Shown here: piece after piece, positions 1-11,211 of the stretch
Position numbering within the stretch: position 1 is the first letter of the stretch
How the letters are laid out: each line of letters opens with the position of its first letter
Assembly (NCBI GenBank): GCA_009914755.4
Contig: CP086569.2
Coordinates: 6,176,001 to 6,240,000, forward strand
Length of the DNA stretch: 64,000 bases
Direction: 5' to 3'
Source: the human T2T-CHM13v2.0 reference genome, Homo sapiens
The notes under the pieces: generated by a model
Database searches by the model: none
What the model was told of the DNA's origin: nothing
The model's input: the letters and a program-made list of their open reading frames with translations, nothing else
Program-made: the position numbers and the translations under genes

Positions 1-3000
1 TGATTCTCTAGCAGTAAATTCACAGACATAGACAATAGCTGATGCAGACAAGCTGTGGACCAAGCCTGAATTTCCAGCCATAAATCTCTGTACAAAGTTT
101 CTAGGTGATAGCACATACCATGGATTCAGGATGCCTCTCCAGCAATGAATCCATTTACACAGTATCTATCTTATACAATCAAACCATGGGACCAAGATGA
201 GTCTTCAGCAGTAAAACTCTGTACACTACCTGAATTTGATAACATTATCCTGTGGATACAAGCCAAGTCTCCAACAGTAAATCTGTGCATAGAGGATGTT
301 ACTTCCACAGTCATACCATGGGCCCAGGCTGTATCTCCAGCAGAAATTCCATGGACACAGCCTATACCTTCGATAGTCATAGCTTGGACCCACGTTGAAT
401 ATCTATCAGTGAATACCTGGACAACCTCCATAGCTGATAGTATCACACTATAGAAAGGGGCTGAATTAACAGCAGGATTTCCATGAATACTGCCTTGGGC
501 TGCTACTATCACACTGACGGCACAGTCTGAATTTCCAGCAGGAAATCTTTGGACACAGCCTGTGTATGATACAGACACATTATGGCCTCAGGCTGAACCT
601 CCAGTAGTAGGGTACTGGACAGAACCTGTAGCTGATACATTTCGTGGACTCAGTTTGAATTTTTAACACGAAAGCCTTGGATCAAATCTGTATCTGATAC
701 ACTCATACCATGGACCCAGGCTGAGTCTTCAGCAGTAAAGCATTTGACAAGGGCAATAGGTTATACAATCAAACTATGGAACCAAGTCAAATCACCTGCC
801 ATACATCTCTGGAAACAATATGAAACTGATATCCTCACACAGTGGACCAAGACTAAATGTCCAAAAGTAAATGCCTGGACACAGCCTATACCTGCTACAG
901 TTAGTTATACCACAGAACCAAGCAGGTAAGAGTAGCAGTAAATCCCTCCACAGAGCTTGAAGCAGAAATTGTCTTACTGTGGACTCAGGCTGATTCTACA
1001 ATCAATAATCTCTGTACACAAACTCTACTGATAGATTGAAACCATTGGCTAAGAATGTTTATGTAGCAGTAAATCCATGGAGCCAGTCTAAAACTGAGAA
1101 AGTTACATCATGGACCCAGGATATGTTGCCAGCAATAAGTCACTTAACAGTGGCTGTGACTGGTATAGTCACACTGCAGTACATGGCTGTATTTCTAATA
1201 ATAATTCCCAGGGCAGAGGCTCTAGCTGATACAGTCATAACATGGACACAGACAAAATCTTCAGCAATCAATTTCTGGTTACAACCTGTACCTGATACAG
1301 TCACACTATGGACCTAAACAAAACATCTAAGTAATCACTTGGAATGAGGCTGAATTTCCAGCTGTAAATCCCATGATGAAGTCTAAGTCTCCAATTGTAA
1401 ACATCTGGACAGTGTCTGAATCTCCAGCCCCAGGTCCTCTGTTGCAGGATGAGACTATTGATACAGTCACACCATGGACCCAGACTGAATCTTTGGCAGT
1501 AAATGCCTTGACAAATCCTGTTGCTGATACACTCACACTGTGTACACAGCCTGTAACTCCATCATTAATCTTCTTTTCACAAAGTTTACATGCTACACTG
1601 AAAACAGGGCATCAAACTGAATGTCTACCCATAAATACCTGGACAGAAGCTATAGCTTCCTAAGTTACACTCTGGACCAAGGCTGATTTTCCAGCAATAA
1701 ATACCTGGACACAGCCTGTTTTTTATAAAGCTACAATTTGGGCACAGGCTGTATGTGCAACAGTAAAGGCCTGGACACAACCTTCACCTAATACAACCAG
1801 ATGATGGTCCCAATCTGAATCTGCAGCACTAATTATGTGGATACTGCCTGTATCTGACACACACATAGGATTGATCCAATTTGAATCTTCAGCAGTAAAT
1901 CCCTGATTACTGCCTATATTTAATAAATTATCATTGTGGACCCAGCCTGTATCTCTAGCAGTCAATCGTGGATAGAGTCAATAGTTTCCAAGTCACCCCA
2001 TGGACCAAAGCTTTACTTCTAGCAACAAGTCCCTGGCCACCTCCCATATCTGATATAGTTGCACTGTGGACCCAGGCTGAATCTTCTGCAGTCATTACCT
2101 CCACACAGCCAGTATCTGACAAAATTATACTGTGGCTGCAGGCCCAGTATCCAGTAGGAATTACCTGGACACAGACTGTATCTGATATACTTACATCGTG
2201 GACATATGATGAATCTTCAGCAGAAAATCCAGGGGCATGGGCCATAGTTTCCTCAGTGTTACCATGGACCCAGGATATCCCTTCAGCAGAAAAAGCCTGG
2301 ACACTAACTGTGTCTGAATCAATCATGCCATGATCCCAGTCTGAGTCTCCAGTGGTAAACACATGGACAGAGACCGCAGCTTCCACAGACACAAAGTGGA
2401 CCTATGATGATTTTCCCGCTGCAAATTCTTGTACACAGAGTGATATGGGCTCATTTTGGACAATGCTTAAAACTGAAGCTAAGAAACTCTGGGCAATGCC
2501 TGAAGCTAAATTATTTATAGAATTTCATTACTGTCTCAACCTGATACCACACAACCTTTGATCCAAGATGAAAATCAAGCATCAATTTTACGGACACATC
2601 ATGAAATTGAAAATATCGATGAATGGACCTTGCCTAAATTTGGAACACTTATATCTTGGATAGTGCCTATGCCTCAGGCAGCAAAACCATGGTCCAAACT
2701 TGAAGCTCTAGTTACAGAACTTTGTTTAAAACTGGAACAGAAAAAATAAAACCTTGGGCTCAGCCAGAATTTCAAACATTAAGCACATTTACTCCCTTTG
2801 AACTTGGTAAAATAGAATCCTGGGCCAAACAGAGAACTACAACATTTATAACATGGATCCAATGTGAAACTGATGCCTCCTTCCTGTGTACCCAATCTGA
2901 AGTAGGTACAATGAGACCCCAGATCATTTCTGAAGCTGCTACAGTAAAACTATGGATCTGGACTGAAACAGGCACAATCCACCCCTGGACTCAAGGTAAA

Positions 3001-4255
3001 ACTAATACGATCCTTGTCTGATACACTACTGTATCAGGCTGAAATGCAGGCAGTGAAATGCTTGACCATGCCTGACATTAATACTCTGAGTGCTGGGTTT
3101 CAGACCCAAAACAGTGTAAGAAGAAATGGTACTCAACTTTATTCTCACAGAGTTACTACCCGGATGAAGCCAGAATGGCAAATAATCCAACCATTGAACC
3201 AATCTGAAAAGAATGCAGTCAGACCCTGGACCCAGTCTGAAGGTGATGTTCTGCAACCTTGGATCTATGCTGAAACCAATACAGTCAGACTCTGGGCCCA
3301 TTCTGAAACTGATAAAATAAAACAATGGACTGAGCCTGAATCTCAAGCAATTAGGACCTGACCTGAGGCAGGTATGTTGACAAGTTGGTCCCCAGCTCAA
3401 AGCGCTGCAGTTTGGACCTGGACCAAATTTGAATCTCAAATGACACACTTCTGGACCCAGAATCAAATTAGCATAAATTACCCTTGGGCTCAGCATGTAC
3501 CTGCTACAATCATACAATAGACTTATTCTGAAATTCATCCCTGGACCCACTCTGAAGCCAATACAGTGATAAGATACTGGTTCCAGATTCGAATTCAATA
3601 AGATCTTGGAACCAACCTGAAACTGAAGTATTCCAAATTTGGACTGTAAGTCAAGAAATGAAACCCTGCAACATGACTGAAATTGATACAGTCACATCTT
3701 GCTTATAGACTCAATGTGATACAGTTAGAACCTGGATTCATCCTGAAAGTTAGCTGCTCTCTCCCTGGCCCCAGACTGAAGTTGGTATATTTTGGCCCTA
3801 GACTCAGCAAAGAGTTGCTACATATCCAACCTGGACCCACCTGAAACCCAAGCAGTGAGATCCTGGATCAAGCAGGAAACTGATATAGTCAGATCTTCAT
3901 TTTACATTCACATGAATAAAGGCAGATCATGGGCTTATTCAAAATCTCAAAGAGTCAGTCCCTGGATCCAGCTGGTAGTTGATATAATTCCATCTTTTAT
4001 CCAGTCTGAATCCTTCCTACTAAGATTCTGGCCCAAGGTTCCATCTCCAGTAGTCAAAACATGGACCTTGCTTATGGGAAGAACACTCATATCTTGGATA
4101 CTGCCTGTAACCTAAGCAGACAGACACTGGATCCAGTCTGAAGCTGATATTATTGAATCCTTTGGTGTTTTTAAAGCTGGCATAGTAAGAACCTGGATCC
4201 AGCCTGAAACAGAAATACTAAGACCCAGAACCCATTATAAGGCTGATATAAGTGC
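1..4255. repeat. Satellite-like tandem array with a ~60-63 bp unit, about 70 copies, truncated by the window start. The unit is two alternating ~30-bp half-units (about TGGACCCAGGCTGAATCTTCAGCAGTAAATCC and TGGACACAGCCTGTATCTGATACAGTCACAC). The last third (about 3000-4255) is a divergent subfamily (about TGGATCCAGCCTGAAACTGATATAGTCAGATC).
   Basis: Direct reading shows TGGAC(C/A)CAG..CTG..(T/A)CT...CAGTAAA recurring every 30 and 60 bp. The six-frame ORFs here show a 20-21 aa periodicity (repeated WTQ..ES.AV motifs) on both strands, which is the signature of a tandem repeat without stops, not of a gene. Confidence 0.8.
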
Positions 4256-4530
4256 ATAGTTTTCTCCTCCTGAAATTGAGTCTGAGAGACACTATTAATG
4301 AGTCATTTTGGCTGCTTGTCTAAACGTGCACTCTTTTTGCCTGTAAAAAACTGTTTCTTTCCCAGATCAGTATTTTATCTCTCTGTTAACTGAGATAACT
4401 GCCTCAGAAAGCCAATATGAAATCAATTATCTCCAACCAAGCCAGCTTACAAGCATTTGGCTTCCTGGAAGAGCTGTTTACCAGCACTAAAGCAGGAAAT
4501 TAAAAATTATCCAAATAAAACAATGCCCTG

Positions 4531-4740
4531 ATGTCCCAGGTACCTCTCTTATCTCTCTTTCTTCCTCCATTTTCCTTCCTCTTTCTTATTCTCTTCCATC
4601 TCCATGTACACTGTGCCCTTCTTGTTCCGTCTTTTCTTCTGGTACATTCCCTTCATTCTTCATTTTCCCATCTTGTTCAGTTATTTCTCCTCTTGTCTCC
4701 TCTCCTATTCTCCTTTCCATAGCCTCTTCTGCTAACGCCC
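4531..4740 (+). repeat. Polypyrimidine (CT-rich) low-complexity tract of about 210 bp (purine-rich on the minus strand).
   Basis: Runs of tctcttcc / ttcctcc / tctcctc motifs with almost no purines. The 63-aa ORF track entry (LLSLFLPPFSF...) is a low-complexity artifact. Confidence 0.8.
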
Positions 4741-5579
4741 TTCAGAAAATATTTTCCTCAACATTTCCTGAAGAGTCCATTCTTTCTCATTCTTTTTCAT
4801 TCTTGCATGCTGCTGCAGCCACACTTTTAACAAAATAACCTCATCTGATGCCTGGACAATCTGGACCCAAGTCTGAACAACAACCTCTTAGGCATTCAGA
4901 ACTCAAATGTTTCCCTGGTTGAGTGTCAACTAGCTGTGATCTGGAAAGAAAGTTTGCAGGCTTTCTGGCTCTTCAGAATAGTTGTTATTTCTCATGAAAC
5001 CACAGGCACCTTTGGTCTAGTCATATGTTTAAGTTATTATACCTGGTACAAAGACTCTTGTTGAACCCTAAAACCACAGTTTGTAAGATCAGAGGTTATG
5101 TCCTCAAACCTTTGCAAAACCAAAATTTATGTTATTGTATGAATCAGCACAGACATCCCAATATTGAGAGAATATCTTATTTTTGCCAGACAGGATTTGT
5201 GGGCTATGTTTTATAAACACAATTCTATTCAGAGAACAGTATTTTAAAGATAGTCTTACTTCTTAGAAAGGATTTATTATTCCACTTGAGGTATATAAAT
5301 ATATACACACATTATTGGATAATAGTATAATATCTTGGATATAAATAATAAGATATATATTTATATATACATTAAATTATTATTTGAAGGAAAAGCATGC
5401 AGATAACCTCTGTAGTATATCTAAACTTGTAGGATGAATAATGTATATTTCCAAGGATTTTCTCAGATTGAAGATACTGAATTTCCAAGCTTATTCCTAA
5501 AAACCTAAAATTAGATTTTAGAAATGGAAGAGTAGTAACACTAATCTCACTCTATTCCATATGTATATTCCTTCTGCAG

Positions 5580-5744
5580 AGTGTGGATTATGCCCTGGCA
5601 ATGTCACCCTCTGTCCCAACTGCTGGGAGTCAGAAATTGGTGAATTCCCTTGGATAGTTGCTGTACCACTTTCTCTCATGTCTGTGCTGGCTCCATACTA
5701 AATGAACAGTGGTTCCTTACTACAGCTAGATGTGCCAATTTTAT
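5580..5744 (+). pseudogene. Serine-protease exon relic, His-region exon, paralog A. It encodes ..GEFPWIVAV.. then HVCAGSILNEQWFLTTARCANF. The catalytic His in the TAAHC motif is Arg here (TTARC). A 1-nt frameshift lies between the PW and HVC parts.
   Basis: Acceptor ttccttctgcag|A at 5579/5580 and donor GTGAGT at 5745. Translation matches the trypsin-fold consensus (G.WPWQVSL...H.CGGSLI..WVLTAAHC). The two halves lie in different frames. The exon ends 7 codons plus 2 nt after the A-A-H/R position, the same phase as paralog B. Confidence 0.5.
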
Positions 5745-5833
5745 GTGAGTCTAAGTAATTCATCTTAAGATTAAGATATAATTATAAAACAATAACAACA
5801 TTGAGATTATAAATGAATATATTTCCCTTTATT

Positions 5834-5840
5834 TGTGTGT

Positions 5841-5877
<37 letters not shown>
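5834..5877. repeat. (GT)n microsatellite of about 22 units.
   Basis: A direct gtgtgt run with one interruption. Confidence 0.95.
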
Positions 5878-5879
<2 letters not shown>

Positions 5880-5899
5880 AAAGACAGAGAGAAAGATAG

Positions 5900-6090
5900 A
5901 TAGAGACAGGGTCTTGCTCTGTTGCCCAGGCTGGAGTTCTGTGGCATGATTCAGAGTAGCCTCAAACTACCAAGATTAAGGAATTCTCCTACCTCTGCCT
6001 CCTGAGTACCTGGGACCACAGGCACACACCAATGCATCTGGCTATTTTTTTCAGCAGAATTAAAGTCTTATCATGTTGCCCACCTGTTCT
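5900..6090 (-). mobile_element. Old, diverged Alu-like SINE (AluJ/FLAM-like), minus orientation.
   Basis: gacagggtcttgctctgttgcccaggctggagt...cctcaaact...cctctgcctcctgagtacctgggaccacaggc matches the reverse complement of the Alu right monomer with many substitutions. Confidence 0.45.
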
Positions 6091-7742
6091 CAAATAATCC
6101 TTGAAAATAGTTTCTAGAGGAGTATTTGTATTTTAGTGCTTTCCTTTTCTGGCTCCAAGGAGTGACATGACCTAGCCATGGACCCTGGCAACACCAAGGG
6201 CCCATGACTACTTCTGCTTCCATGTCCCTTTCAGTCTACTTCTACAAATGCTTCAGCTTTTATCCCCACTCCCACTTCAATGTGGCCACATTTCATCTCT
6301 CTGCCACAGCCTCAGAGTAAGGCTCAAAAACCTGGTAGGACAAGTAAAGGAAGAAGAAAATGGAAATATAAAATAATAGAGAGAAGGAAATGGGAGCTAA
6401 AGCTCTTCCTGAGAAATGCATGAGTTTTTTATCTACCAAATCATAGAAATTATTTTCTTTTTGGCTTACAAAGGCATCTCATACTTGATATATGATACAA
6501 TTCCCAGAGTATCCCCATAGATTACTCTGATATAGAACATATAACATGATTATTATACTTATCTTAAATGTATATTCTGATACTACATAAATACAATGGA
6601 CTGATCAAATTCCCATGGCAAAAGATGAACTGGGTTATCATTAAGACACACTCTCCTAATACAAAGACATTTCTTTACTACCACACAGAAGCTTACATTT
6701 GTAATAGAGTTATTTTAAATTAAGTATATTTTAAGTTAAAGATATGATATTTGGAAACAGCATAGTTGGTAAGTAATGAGATGTAGGTGACGGTGTACCA
6801 GACTGCATTACATTGGGATTATCAGTTTCTCCCTTCCCCTGGCTGCTAGAAAACCTACCAGAATATTAGCAATGGCTATTTCACATTACTGTCTATCCTC
6901 TTATTTTCTTGGAAATTGAGACATCTCTTTCGGTCTCATCAATTAAACATGCTCTTAACCACAGCTATTTTATACTTAACACCCATTGCCATAGCTACGG
7001 TGAATAATACATTTAAAACATAAAGGAGGCCATAATTATTTGCTCACATCCGCCAAAGTCTAATTCAGAGACAATTACATATAAGATCTTAGTTATGCTT
7101 CCAATTTCATCTCTAGTTGCTTACCCCTTCTATAGACAGATTATCTTCACCATTTTTCTCTCCCTATTTATATATTGATGAGTATATCTTCCACTCAATT
7201 TTCTGAGGAACTCTCAAATGATTTTAAAAATATGAGCTCTTTCCTGAAACTCAGACTTGAATTTTCTATTTAAAATATTGGTTTGGTATCTTACTAACAT
7301 TATAAGTTTATGAAGATAAGCCCTCTCCAATTTAGAGACAGGTGCTTTATCTCCAAATTTTTCATTATTTATCTAATATCTTCAAATCATTGCATTTTTT
7401 GTTGCCTATCTACTTCAGTGACTTCTAAGTAGCTAAAATCATAGATATATAAATGTTGCAATGGGGGAGAAAGCTGGAATGACTCCCAGTATTTTGATTA
7501 AATAAACTTAAGCTAGGACTTAAAGAAACTATGATCTTGGAAAGACAATAAGAGGCATACTTATTTTCAAGAAAAATTCATGAACACAGAAGAAGCAGAA
7601 GTTTGTCTTTGTTAGTCATATTTAACAATACTGACTCAAATAGCAGAAATAGGAGGATTTAAAACTTTAAAAAATGGTCTACAAATGGCAATTCTATTTA
7701 AATTAGCACAGTTAGCTTATTATTCCTCCTCAGCTTCAGCAG

Positions 7743-7861
7743 ATCAGATTTCTCTTGAATACGCCATGCCTTGGAAGGCTGGGATCAACAGCTTTGGCAG
7801 TCATGTCTGCCATAGTTAGCAGCTCTTGGGTTCTCACAGCTGCCCACTATGTTAGCAACGT
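7743..7861 (+). pseudogene. Serine-protease exon relic, His-region exon, paralog B. One frame gives ..EYAMPWKAGINSFGSHVCHS(stop) and the adjacent frame gives SSSWVLTAAHYVSN. His is retained but the partner Cys is Tyr (AAHY).
   Basis: Acceptor cctcctcagcttcagcag| at 7742 and donor GTAAGA at 7862. The protease-like motifs are split over two frames, so there is a 1-nt frameshift after HVC. Frame 0 stays open across the whole exon. Exon length and phase (2 nt carried) match paralog A and fit exon C. Confidence 0.5.
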
Positions 7862-8176
7862 GTAAGATTGTGCCTGCCTCTTCTCAACTGTATAACTCAT
7901 TATCCCATAATTACATTGCTGATGGTGTCTATGTCCAAATTCACTTCTATAATGCATGACCATCTCACTTATACAGATAACTTTTTTTAGGCTAAAAAGA
8001 AATTGTCTCACTGTGTTTGGCTTATAGTACCTCTGTTAGTTAATTCCTCTGCAATCCCATTGTCTATGGACTCTTTATTCATAGATTTCTGATTTCTCCG
8101 AAGATGAGCTAGGGACCTTGTGTATCATGACTAAAGCAATATACTGGAAAGCCTGATGTAGACTTAAGGTTGAGGT

Positions 8177-8748
8177 TTTCTTTTTTTTTAACTTTTTAAA
8201 TTATACCTTAAGTTCTAGGGTACATGTGCACAATATGCAGGTTTGTTATATATGTAAACATGTGCCATGTTGGTGTGCTGCACCCATTAACTCATCATTT
8301 ACTTTGGTATATCTCCTAACGCTATCCCTCCCCACTCCCCCCACCCCATGACAGGCCCTGGTGTGTGATGTTCCCCTTCTTGTGTCTAAGTGTTCTCATT
8401 GTTCAGTTCCTACCTATGAGTGAGAACATGTGGTGTTTGTTCTTTTTTCCTTGGGATAGTTTGCTGAGAATGATGGTTTCCAGCTTCATCCGTATCCCCA
8501 CAAAGGACATGAACTCATCCTTTTTTATGGCTGCATAGTATTCCATGGTGTATATATGCCACATTGTCTTAATCCAGTCTATCTTTGATGGACATTTGGG
8601 TTCATTCCAAGTTTTTGCTGTTGTGACTAGTGCCACAATGAACATATGTGTGTATATTTCTTTATAGCAGCAAGATTTATAATCTTTCATGTATAATCCC
8701 AGTAATGGGATGGCTGGGTCAAATGGTATTTCTAGTTCTAGATCCTGG
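8177..8748 (-). mobile_element. Young L1PA 3' end on the minus strand (ORF2 C-terminus plus 3' UTR). The poly(A) appears as the T-run at 8177-8190.
   Basis: The minus-strand translation ...[112 protein letters not shown] matches the L1 ORF2 C-terminus. The 3' UTR (gggtgcagcacaccaacatggcacatgt...) is present in reverse complement. Confidence 0.85.
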
Positions 8749-8998
8749 AGGAATGAACAGACACTTCTCAAAAGAAGACATTTATGCAGCCAACAGACAC
8801 AGGAAAAAATGTTCATCATCACTGGCCATCAGAAAAATGCAAATCACAACCACAATGAGATACCATCTCACACCACTTAGAATGGCAATCATTTAAAAGT
8901 CAGGAAACAACAGATGCTGGAGAGGATGTGGAGAAATAGGAACGCCTTTACACACTGGTGGGACAGTAAACTAGTTCAACCATTGCGGAAGTTTCAGG
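8749..8998 (+). mobile_element. Inverted 5' segment of the same L1PA insertion, a twin-priming-type inversion. It is on the plus strand and covers ORF2 just upstream of the minus segment.
   Basis: The plus-strand translation [55 protein letters not shown]... runs to ..ctagttcaaccattgcggaagt. In L1 coordinates this immediately precedes the start of the minus segment (..LQDLELEIP). Only about a 10-nt gap separates them, and the two segments are similarly diverged. Confidence 0.7.
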
Positions 8999-9043
8999 TT
9001 TTCTAAAGAATGTACTATAATAAATATTTGCCTATGCATACAG

Positions 9044-9291
9044 GAATCCTGAAGACACTGCTGTGATTCTGGGCCTGAGGCACCCTGGGGCACCAATGAG
9101 AGTTGTGAAGGTGTCTACCATTCTACTGCATGAGAGATGCCAGTTGGTGAATGGGGCAGCAAGGAATGACCTGGCATTGCTACTCCTCCAAGATGTCCAG
9201 ACTCCCATTTGGCTCTCAGCACCCTTGGGCTATCTGAAGAACCTGAATAGTTCAGAATGCTGGCTGTCTGTGCCACAGATTATTATACCAG
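9044..9291 (+). pseudogene. Serine-protease exon relic, Asp-region exon. It reads NPEDTAVILGLRHPGAPMRVVKVSTILLHERCQLVNGAARNDLALLLLQDVQTPIWLSAPLGYLKNLNSSECWLSVPQIIIPG. The catalytic Asp is retained (NDLALL) and the reading frame is open.
   Basis: Acceptor gcctatgcatacag| at 9043 and donor GTCAGC at 9292. A GTGAGT is also available at 9299 but breaks the phase. The pattern LG.H.......V..I..H..Y......NDIALL.L..P......I.PICLP......G..CWVTGWG is recognisable. It is phase-compatible with exons A/B (2 nt carried in) and with exon D. Confidence 0.6.
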
Positions 9292-9744
9292 GTCAGCAGT
9301 GAGTTTTCTTATTAGGGTAGCAGTTCTACAAAATGAGGTTCATATTTTTAATATTATGGTTCAAGGAAGAAGTATGATCACAATTGTATAAATTACTAAT
9401 TATAAGATATTTAATGCACATAAAAAACCCAATAGGAAATTTGTTTTCATGTTATAAGTTGATGGTTCTGATGATAACTTCATAGGATTTTAGATCTGAA
9501 AACAATTATATGAGCATCTTTCTCTGTACAGTCAATTTTGTAAACTAAAGTAGAGATGATTTGCTTTCCAACTCTTTGCTGACTAAAAAAAAGGAAAAAG
9601 AAGTTTTTGTTTTGTTTTGTTTGTTTTTCTCTCTTTATGAAAAAGAAGCTGAACTTGACTTGGAATTTGGAATTCCGTAAGTAAAAATTTACTTATTACT
9701 TTTGAAGGGTGGCATTTAAAAAGTGATTAAAGAGTGACAATGCT

Positions 9745-10030
9745 GTCCACAGTGTCTCACTCCTGTAATTCCAGCACTTTGGGAGCTTGATCTAGGAGAA
9801 CCCTTTGGGCCCAGGAATGTGATACCCATTTGGGCAATGTAGCAAGACTTCATCACTAAACAACAACAACAAATAGCCTGTTGTGGTGTTGCACACATGT
9901 AGTCCCAGCTACATGGGAGGCTGAGACAGGAAGATAGCTTGAGACCTGGAGGTTGAGGCTGCAGTGTGTGAAGATGGTGGCAATGCACTCCAACTTTACG
10001 TGGGTGACCACGCAAGAACTTGTCTCAAAA
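9745..10030 (+). mobile_element. Alu SINE (older subfamily), plus orientation.
   Basis: tcactcctgtaattccagcactttgggag ... gtcccagctacatgggaggctgagacaggaagatagcttgag ... gtctcaaaaaaa poly(A) tail. Confidence 0.85.
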
Positions 10031-10035
10031 AAAGG

Positions 10036-10327
10036 GGGCGCTACTGTGGTGGTTCATGCCTGTAATTCCAGTATTTTGGGAGGATGAGGCCAGTGAATCA
10101 CCTGAAGTCAGGAGTTTGAGACCAGTCTGACCAACATGGGGAAAACCCATCTCTACTAAAAATATGAAATTAGCTAGGAGTGGTGGTGTGTTCCTGTAAT
10201 CCCAGTTACCCAGGAGGCTGAGTCAGGAGAATTGCTTGAACCCAAGAGGCAGAGGTTGCAGTGAGATCAGGCCACTGCACTCGAGACTGAGTGACAGAGT
10301 GAAACACCATCCCCAACCCCCAAAAAA
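10036..10327 (+). mobile_element. Alu SINE (AluS-like), plus orientation, directly abutting the previous Alu.
   Basis: ggtggttcatgcctgtaattccagtattttgggaggatgaggc...cctgtaatcccagttacccaggaggctgag...ccccaaaaaaa. Confidence 0.9.
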
Positions 10328-10539
10328 ATCAAGGACTAGAAAGCGAATGAAATACATAAACATGTCTTGTAAAATGGTAATGGTGACAAAATAAACTGAA
10401 TTTATTTGTATAGGTTATATGTACAAGTTTAAAGTAATGATGACACAGTGATAAGACAGTTCATGGTTTTATCTCAATACTTAGTGTTTAAATGTAACAT
10501 ATGTTCCTTAGGATGGTTATACTCCATTTTTCTTCCTAG

Positions 10540-10673
10540 GAGAGAATGATGAGTTTCTAGAAATGTTAAAGGTGCAAGTGATGGAAGCTTCCAGCTGTGC
10601 CCACCTGTACCCTGACATAGGCAGTTCCATTGTTTGCTTCATTACTCAGGCCAAAGACTCAAATGCAAATGTG
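10540..10673 (+). pseudogene. Serine-protease exon relic, the exon ending in the KDSCQ position. It reads (G)ENDEFLEMLKVQVMEASSCAHLYPDIGSSIVCFITQAKDSNANV. The frame is open and the Cys of KDSCQ is replaced (KDSNAN).
   Basis: Acceptor tttttcttcctag| at 10539 and donor GTACAG at 10674. It matches LQEV.VPI.S...C...Y......MLCAGY..GGKDSCQ of trypsin-fold proteases. Phase 0 at the 3' end is the same as the intron before GDSGGP in PRSS1 and tryptase genes. Confidence 0.55.
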
Positions 10674-11211
10674 GTACAGAGTCAAATGTTTTTTCTATCT
10701 ACATAATAGAAAATATAACTTTGTCCCTGTGTAAAAGGGTATACAGCATATGCTTAAATGAAAAATTTAAGTGAATCATTGATCAACAGGAAACCATTTT
10801 AAAAGTCTTTAATTACAGAAAAAAAATCTCTGAAAAAAATTTGTTGTTAATCTCTGAGTTTTCTTACATGGGTTGTTAATCTCTAGCCATACTAAATAGC
10901 TAGCATGCTGCACTTGAAACAAATTAGACATTATATATAATTCCCATATTCTAATAATAGTATCTTCACACCTCAAAGTTGAAAACAGTCTAACCTTTTC
11001 CTATTTCCCCAATTAAATAACTTTTTAAGGCTTAATCCTCTGATTTTTTTGTAGTAATATTTTTGAATGTATTTGATCAGGATGATTTTCTTGTGTACTT
11101 ATCTGATGTCTCACTTTCTTCTAAATACATATTTTATTATCCATTTATTAGATCTAAGTTTAAGATGTTGGAACAGGAATTTAAATCCAAATTCTGCATT
11201 TGAATTTACAG

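Noticed and set aside
145-4115. Many 60-190 aa ORFs on both strands (for example 171..578-, 1955..2392-, 3026..3598-) with WTQ..ES.AV periodic peptides.
   Set aside because: They coincide exactly with the ~60-bp tandem array. A 20-21 aa periodicity on both strands and in several frames is the signature of a stop-poor satellite, not of coding sequence. There are no start or splice context and no domain similarity.
4260-4510. Short ORF ATGAAATCAATTATCTCC... (about 4417-4503) as a candidate signal-peptide first exon for the protease.
   Set aside because: It has no hydrophobic signal-like core, runs into a stop after 29 codons with no donor, and shows no protease similarity.
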